Shown here piece by piece: positions 58,601 to 64,000 of a DNA stretch of 64,000 nucleotides (positions within the stretch are counted from its first letter, which is position 1; each line of letters starts with the position of its first letter). The position numbers were made by a program, and so were the translations under genes. The notes beneath the pieces are model-generated. The model saw only the letters and a list, made by a program, of their open reading frames with translations, was not told the origin of the DNA and searched no databases. Source of the DNA: Planktothrix sp. GU0601_MAG3 (GTDB lineage: Bacteria; Cyanobacteriota; Cyanobacteriia; Cyanobacteriales; Microcoleaceae); contig CP136572.1 of assembly GCA_035193785.1 (NCBI GenBank), forward strand, positions 2,068,578 through 2,132,577, given 5' to 3'.

Positions 58601-59268
58601 AGCTGCTTCTTACGATTTAGACGGGAAAAAACACACCAATCTTGACTACTATGTGAATCAAGGTGGGGAAGATTTGTTAGAAAACTACCGTGAGGAAAAG
58701 GTCTACAATATTGATCCTAAGAAAGTCTTTGACTACGTTTCTGAAAATCAAAAAGACGTTTCCAGTACGGCTCCAACGGTTGATTTAGTTTGGTATCAAG
58801 AACAATATGCCGAGGATATTGCGACCAATAAAGCCAAAATTGATACCAATGGAGACTCCGAAATTAGCAATGATGAATTGTCTATCTATGCAACCGGGGA
58901 AGGTTTAATTAAAGGAAACAAACCTTCTGAATTGTTGAAGGATTTTGAAGCATACGTTGCTGATCCCCAAGTGCAGGAAGATGTCTTAACCTACTACGAT
59001 ATTGAGTCGGTTGATGCACTTACAAACCCTCAAATTGTCACCTATATGGTGGGTCAAGGTTTGTTAGATGGTCATAAACCATTCAGCGATGAATTCTTAA
59101 CAAATAATCCTGAAACTGGACTTTGAAGCCTTCAAACAAGCCAATACTCAAGCCCTGGTTCAATATACGGGTCTGAGTATTGAACAGGTGACCTCTGTTA
59201 ACGTCTTTTCCTATCAAGCGAGTGTCGGTTTTTTCAACCCAAGCACCACTAACAATGGTTTAGTTTAA
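52648..59268 (+). CDS. Giant (~2,205 aa) repeat-rich, probably surface-associated protein; apparent frameshifts at ~53670, ~56965 and ~59114
   Basis: ORFs 52648-53694, 53564-56977, 57006-59126 and a final segment (DFEAFKQANTQ...NNGLV* at 59268) join by removing one base at each GAAAC/GTTTC. It has N-terminal F-x3-YL-x2-NPDV...HF-x3-G-x2-E-x-R repeats, a PT linker and many degenerate repeats. Confidence 0.8.
53482..53822 (+). repeat. Intragenic Pro/Thr linker repeat (24-bp ccaacggttgaaccgacacccgca units)
   Basis: Encodes (PTPAPTVE)n. One unit has gttgaaaccg where its neighbours have gttgaaccg. Confidence 0.9.
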
Positions 59269-59286
59269 TCTGAAAGACTAATTCCT

Positions 59287-59317
59287 AACCCCTCTGGTGA
59301 CCCCAGGGGGGTTTTTT
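59287..59317 (+). terminator. Intrinsic terminator after the giant gene
   Basis: aacccctctgg-tgacc-ccaggggggtt followed by a T tract. Confidence 0.7.
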
Positions 59318-59549
59318 ATTGGGTTGAATTTTGAGAATAACAATAGCTTATAATAATGATAAAATTCTTGAATTTAATATTTTTCCCTATCCTAAAGAGT
59401 TATAAAACTTTTTCATTATCATCCCGATGAAATTGTTACAGTTCTTGAAGATATCGATCTTCTGAAAATAGCGGTACAGAATTTATCATCATTTTACCCA
59501 TAAAATATACTCCCCCTGATATTATCTCTCCTTTAAAGTTATCAAATCC

Positions 59550-60074
59550 CTAGGCATTTTTCCAATAACTATAGGTTTCTGACCCAATTTTATCCTTTTC
59601 CTCTTGATAAATCTCATCTAAACAATTAAATAATGCTTTGGCTTCGTTTTCTAGTCCTAATAGCCTTAAACTGGTTAAAATTCGAGTCAAGCGTAAATAG
59701 TTATGATCTCGCCAATCAATCCAATTTTTTTTTCTTTGTTGATAGTTTTCACTTTTAATTATTTTTATCCATTGAGAGGGCTGGGATTCTAATTTTAATC
59801 CATAAAAATCTAACATTAATAATAAAGATTTAAGTAACCTTTTTTTCAATTCTGGAGTATTTCTAAAGGTTTCGATAGTAGAGGGATTTAAGGTGGGCGC
59901 GTTTCGATTAAAATTGCTTTTGTCTACCAAAGGAAATAACCATTGAATATAATCATGGGTATATTCTAAACGATCATGTTTCCACTGCCAAATATCTTCG
60001 ATTTTCCGTCCTTGAGCATCAGGAGATAAACCTAAATAGAAGCGAACAAGAATGTCTTGATTATTTGAACTCAT
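59550..60074 (-). CDS. Opioid growth factor receptor (OGFr) conserved-domain protein
   Basis: LEYTHDYIQWLFPL, MLDFYGL and HNYLRLTRILTSL. Confidence 0.85.
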   Translation of the reverse strand: MSSNNQDILVRFYLGLSPDAQGRKIEDIWQWKHDRLEYTHDYIQWLFPLVDKSNFNRNAPTLNPSTIETFRNTPELKKRLLKSLLLMLDFYGLKLESQPSQWIKIIKSENYQQRKKNWIDWRDHNYLRLTRILTSLRLLGLENEAKALFNCLDEIYQEEKDKIGSETYSYWKNA

Positions 60075-60148
60075 AACAAGTGATTTCTAAACATTAGCCA
60101 AGGATAAAAACCCCTGGCTAATAGTATAACCTATTACCGATTACGATA

Positions 60149-61453
60149 TTATAAATCTCGATGGGTAAATGGTTTAGCGTTACTTCCAGAATAGGTTTCT
60201 ACAATATGACCGTCCCCAACCACTTGATATTTATAAGTAACTAACCCTTCCAAACCAACGGGGCCACGGGGGGGCATTTGTTGGGTACTAATTCCTACTT
60301 CTGCACCGAAACCATAACGAAATCCATCGGCGAAACGAGTCGAACAATTATGGAAAACTCCCGCCGCATCAACTTGATTTAAAAAGGTCTTGGCGGTGGT
60401 TTGATCTTCTGTTACAATGGCGTCGGTATGACCCGAACCATAGGTATTGATATGGGCGATCGCTGCTTCTAAATTCTCAACTATTTTAATTGATAAGATT
60501 AAATCACTGTATTCCGTTGACCAATCTTCCGCCGTTGCAGGTTGAATATTAACAATTTTTATGGTTTGATCATCCCCGCGCAATTCAACATTTTTAGCTT
60601 GTAAAGCCGTTACCGCTTCTAATAAAAACTCTGGGGCAATATCTTGATGAACTAATAGGGTTTCCACCGCATTACAAGCCGCGGGATATTGGGTTTTTGC
60701 ATCAATTGTAATGGCGATCGCTTTTTTAATATCCGCCAATTGATCAATATAAATATGACAAATTCCTTCGGCGTGACCTAATACGGGAATCCGAGTATTA
60801 TCCTGAACAAACTTTACAAAAGCATTAGACCCCCGGGGAATAATTAAATCCACATAATCATCTAATTGTAATAACTCTAAAATTTCCTCCCGGGTGGTTA
60901 AAAGTTGGACTGCATCGGGATGAATTGCCGTTTGAGATAATCCTTGACGAATGGCTTTAACCAAGACTTGACAGGAATTAATCGCCTCCTTTCCCCCCTT
61001 CAAAATCACCCCATTTCCCGATTTTATTGCTAAGGCAGAAATTTGGATCACCGCTTCCGGGCGAGCTTCAAAAATTACCCCTAAAACCCCTAATGGACAG
61101 GTAATTCTTTTTAAGATTAAACCCTGATCTAATTCTCGATGAATTTGCACCGCCCCCACCGGATCAGGCAATTTGGCAACATCTCTTAATCCGGCAATGG
61201 TACTATTTAATTTAGTCCGATCAAATTTAAGACGATTATATAAAGGTTTAGCAATTCCTTCGGCTTCGGCGGCGCGACAATCGGCTTCATTAGCCGCAAT
61301 AATTTCCGATGCAGCCGCTTCTAAAGCTTGAGCAACGGCTTCAATAGCTTGATTTTTTTCTGCTGTTGATAATATCCCTAATTTCTGTGCCGCTAAACGG
61401 GTTTTTGCAGCTAGTTCAACCAAAGGAATAGAACGAGTTTCCGAGACTGTCAT
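60149..61453 (-). CDS. proA: Gamma-glutamyl phosphate reductase
   Basis: [30 protein letters not shown] and [20 protein letters not shown]. Confidence 0.96.
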   Translation of the reverse strand: MTVSETRSIPLVELAAKTRLAAQKLGILSTAEKNQAIEAVAQALEAAASEIIAANEADCRAAEAEGIAKPLYNRLKFDRTKLNSTIAGLRDVAKLPDPVGAVQIHRELDQGLILKRITCPLGVLGVIFEARPEAVIQISALAIKSGNGVILKGGKEAINSCQVLVKAIRQGLSQTAIHPDAVQLLTTREEILELLQLDDYVDLIIPRGSNAFVKFVQDNTRIPVLGHAEGICHIYIDQLADIKKAIAITIDAKTQYPAACNAVETLLVHQDIAPEFLLEAVTALQAKNVELRGDDQTIKIVNIQPATAEDWSTEYSDLILSIKIVENLEAAIAHINTYGSGHTDAIVTEDQTTAKTFLNQVDAAGVFHNCSTRFADGFRYGFGAEVGISTQQMPPRGPVGLEGLVTYKYQVVGDGHIVETYSGSNAKPFTHRDL

Positions 61454-61512
61454 TGTTACAACTCAACCCCAAAATCGGGCAAATATCACTATTTTCTTAT
61501 CATAATTCATAA

Positions 61513-61562
61513 GTCATCAGTGTAGAGACGTGCCATGGCGCGTCTCTCTAGCAGTCATCAGT
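61513..61562. repeat. Single copy of the heptamer-embedded GTAG REP unit
   Basis: gtcatcagt-gtagagacgtgccatggcgcgtctctcta-gcagtcatcagt, the same core as the 43612 array. Confidence 0.8.
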
Positions 61563-61644
61563 CCATTACCGATTATTAGCAGCGATCGCAAATTCTGAGA
61601 TGATGAGAGGGTGCTTGACTACTGACTTGCTGTGTATAGCTTGT

Positions 61645-62778
61645 ATGCGAATCGCTCTTTTCACTGAGACATTTTTACCAAAAATTGATGGGATCGTGAC
61701 GCGGCTGTGTCATACGGTCGAACAGTTACAACGGTTGGGGGATCAGGTTTTGGTGATTTCTCCGGCCGGGGGACTCACGGAATATAAAGGGGCTAGAATC
61801 TATGGAGTGGAAGGATTTCCCCTACCCATGTACCCCGAGTTAAAACTAGGTATTCCCCATCCGGGTATTGGTGTGGAATTAGAAAAATTCCGGCCCGATC
61901 TGATTCATGTGGCGAATCCAGCCATTTTAGGGTTAGGGGGATTGTATTATGCCAAAAAGTTAAATCTTCCTTTAGTTGCATCCTACCATACCCATCTTCC
62001 CCAATACTTGCACCATTATGGCTTAGGACTGTTAGAGGAGGTGCTCTGGAATATGTTAAGGGCGGCCCATAACCAAGCCCAATTGAATCTTTGTACCTCA
62101 ACGGCGATGGTACGAGAACTGCATGATCATGGCATACAAAGACTAGATTTATGGCAAAGGGGAGTAGATACGGAGATGTTTCAACCGTCTTTGGCTACTG
62201 TGGAAATGCGCGATCGCCTTAGCCTTGGACACCCGGACTGTCATCTATTACTCTATGTCGGTCGTTTGGGGGCGGAAAAAGAAATTGAACGAATTAAAGC
62301 CGTTTTAGAGAAAATCCCCAATACCCGTTTGGCCCTAGTAGGCGATGGCCCCCATCGTCAAACCCTAGAAGCCCATTTTAAGGGAACTCCCACCCATTTC
62401 GTCGGTTATTTGCGAGGAAAAGACTTAGCCGCGGCCTACGCCTCCGCCGATGCCTTTATTTTCCCCTCCCGTACCGAAACCTTGGGATTGGTACTCTTAG
62501 AAGCCATGGCCGCCGGAACTCCCGTGGTCGCAGCCCGGTCTGGGGGGATTCCCGATATTGTCACCGATGGGGTGAATGGCTACCTGTTCGATCCACGTCA
62601 GGAAGACGGGGCAATTACCGCGACTCAAAGGTTATTTTTCGATGCTCAAGAACGGGAAATCCTGCGCCAAAATGCCCGTTTGGAAGCCGAACTTTGGGGA
62701 TGGGCCGCGGCTACCCAACAGCTACGAAGCCACTATCAGGGGATTATTTGCCGTTACTCGTTTCCCTCCGTTGCCTAG
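61645..62778 (+). CDS. sqdX: GT4 glycosyltransferase, likely sulfoquinovosyldiacylglycerol synthase
   Basis: MRIALFTETFLPKIDGIVTRL, SYHTHLPQY, LWQRGVDT and PSRTETLGLVLLEAMAAG. Confidence 0.82.
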   Translation: MRIALFTETFLPKIDGIVTRLCHTVEQLQRLGDQVLVISPAGGLTEYKGARIYGVEGFPLPMYPELKLGIPHPGIGVELEKFRPDLIHVANPAILGLGGLYYAKKLNLPLVASYHTHLPQYLHHYGLGLLEEVLWNMLRAAHNQAQLNLCTSTAMVRELHDHGIQRLDLWQRGVDTEMFQPSLATVEMRDRLSLGHPDCHLLLYVGRLGAEKEIERIKAVLEKIPNTRLALVGDGPHRQTLEAHFKGTPTHFVGYLRGKDLAAAYASADAFIFPSRTETLGLVLLEAMAAGTPVVAARSGGIPDIVTDGVNGYLFDPRQEDGAITATQRLFFDAQEREILRQNARLEAELWGWAAATQQLRSHYQGIICRYSFPSVA

Positions 62779-62959
62779 TATCCACCAGAAATTTTTGATT
62801 CAATGCCAGGATGGAAGCCATGACCATCCGTTGTCTGTTATTATCTAGTCAATATATTAATATGTCCTAGTTGGGAAGGTTCTATTCTATTCAAGCTACT
62901 TAACTTTCTCTAATCGGAGTTTTTCGTTTCAAATCCCTCACCCAAACTATCCCCTTCCC

Positions 62960-64000
62960 ATGACTTTTTCTAATGCTGGTAGCATCTTAGCTACGCTGAC
63001 ACAAGTGGATCGTATGGGCCTATTGGCGGCGCGTGTTAAACACCTGCCAATTGGGGAGTTTATTTGCATTTTAGATTTTATTACCGCAGAATTTCAGCAA
63101 TTTCTTAGGGCAATTGATCTGATTAATAATGAAGGAATCGAAACCCTATTAGAACAATTGCTCGATGCCTTCACCCTCAAAATTGGGCAAATTCTGCAAG
63201 CTGATCGCACTACTATTTTTTTAGTTAATCGGGGGAAAAATCAACTCTGGTATACCAAAGTTGACGAAGAAACCGGACTGGCAAAAGAAATCCGTTTACC
63301 GATGGATTCGGGGATTTTAGGATATGTTGCCCGCACCGGGGAAGCGATGAATGTCACCGATGCTCACAACTGTGAATTATTTGATGTGGATGTGGATGAA
63401 CCCCCGGGATATTATGCCCGCACCATCCTGTGTATGCCAATTTTTAGTAGCCAAAATCCAGAGGAATCTGTGGCGGTGGTACGGCTATTAAATAAAGCTG
63501 AAAATGCAGAATTCACCGAAGAAGATGAACAACAATTCCGAGCTTTTGCCGATTCAATTGGGATTATTTTAGAAAGTTGTCAATCGTTTTTTGTTGCCGC
63601 CCGAAATCAACGGGGAGTTGCCGCCCTATTAAAAGCAACAACTACTTTAGGGCAAAGTTTGGATTTAGAAACCACCCTACAGGCGGTGATGGAACAGGCA
63701 CGGGATTTGATGCAGGCCGATCGCAGTACCTTATTTTTATTACAAAAAGAAACTCAAGAATTATGGACAAAAGTAGCGAATGCCGAGGGTTCTAAAATGA
63801 TAGAAATTCGGATTCCTGCTAATCGTGGAATTGCCGGATATGTGGCTTCAACGGGTCAAGTTTTGAATATTCCCGATGCCTATTGTGATCCTCGGTTTGA
63901 CCCCAACACCGACCGCAGAAACTGGTTATCAAACCCGAAATATTTTATGTATGCCCGTGTTTAATGCGGCGGGAGAATTAATTGGGGTGACTCAGTTAAT
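62960..64000 (+). CDS. Tandem-GAF protein, CyaB1-like adenylate cyclase N-terminus (partial), apparent frameshift at ~63920
   Basis: Two GAF domains (ADRTTIFL...LLNK..FTEEDE; ADRSTLFLL...DPRFDP), corrected to RTGYQTRNILCMPV. The catalytic domain lies beyond the window. Confidence 0.78.

Overview
A 64-kb chromosomal window from a cyanobacterium. HIP1 octamers (GCGATCGC) are abundant and the genes include desA, ado/aar, sqdX, cdv3 and ycf29. The repeat style suggests a Planktothrix-like Oscillatoriales genome (inference). Most of the window is housekeeping: desA, thrC, tsaC, prmC, tic22, ppk2, argH, coaD, eno, ado-aar, holA, cbiET, proA, sqdX, a GAF-GAF adenylate cyclase, tRNA-Pro(TGG) and tRNA-Leu(GAG). 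Small palindromic and heptamer repeats and one MITE lie between the genes. Three things stand out. (1) I found 26 reading-frame breaks. 24 are repaired by removing one base from GAAAC/GTTTC (restoring GAAC/GTTC), and one more sits at GAAAAC. These look like motif-specific consensus errors rather than pseudogenes, and GAAC/GTTC is the classic Dnd phosphorothioate motif, so they may be an epigenetic footprint. (2) A two-gene cassette encodes an HsdR-N-type nuclease fused to a ParA ATPase, plus a degenerate ParB-like/coiled-coil/Rho-N protein. It is bracketed by ~57-bp inverted GTAG...CTAC repeats and is a candidate undescribed defence or mobile module. (3) A ~2,200-aa repeat protein, split into four pieces by the same errors, lies downstream of an orphan OmpR regulator. 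All family assignments come from motif recognition by eye; no database searches were run.
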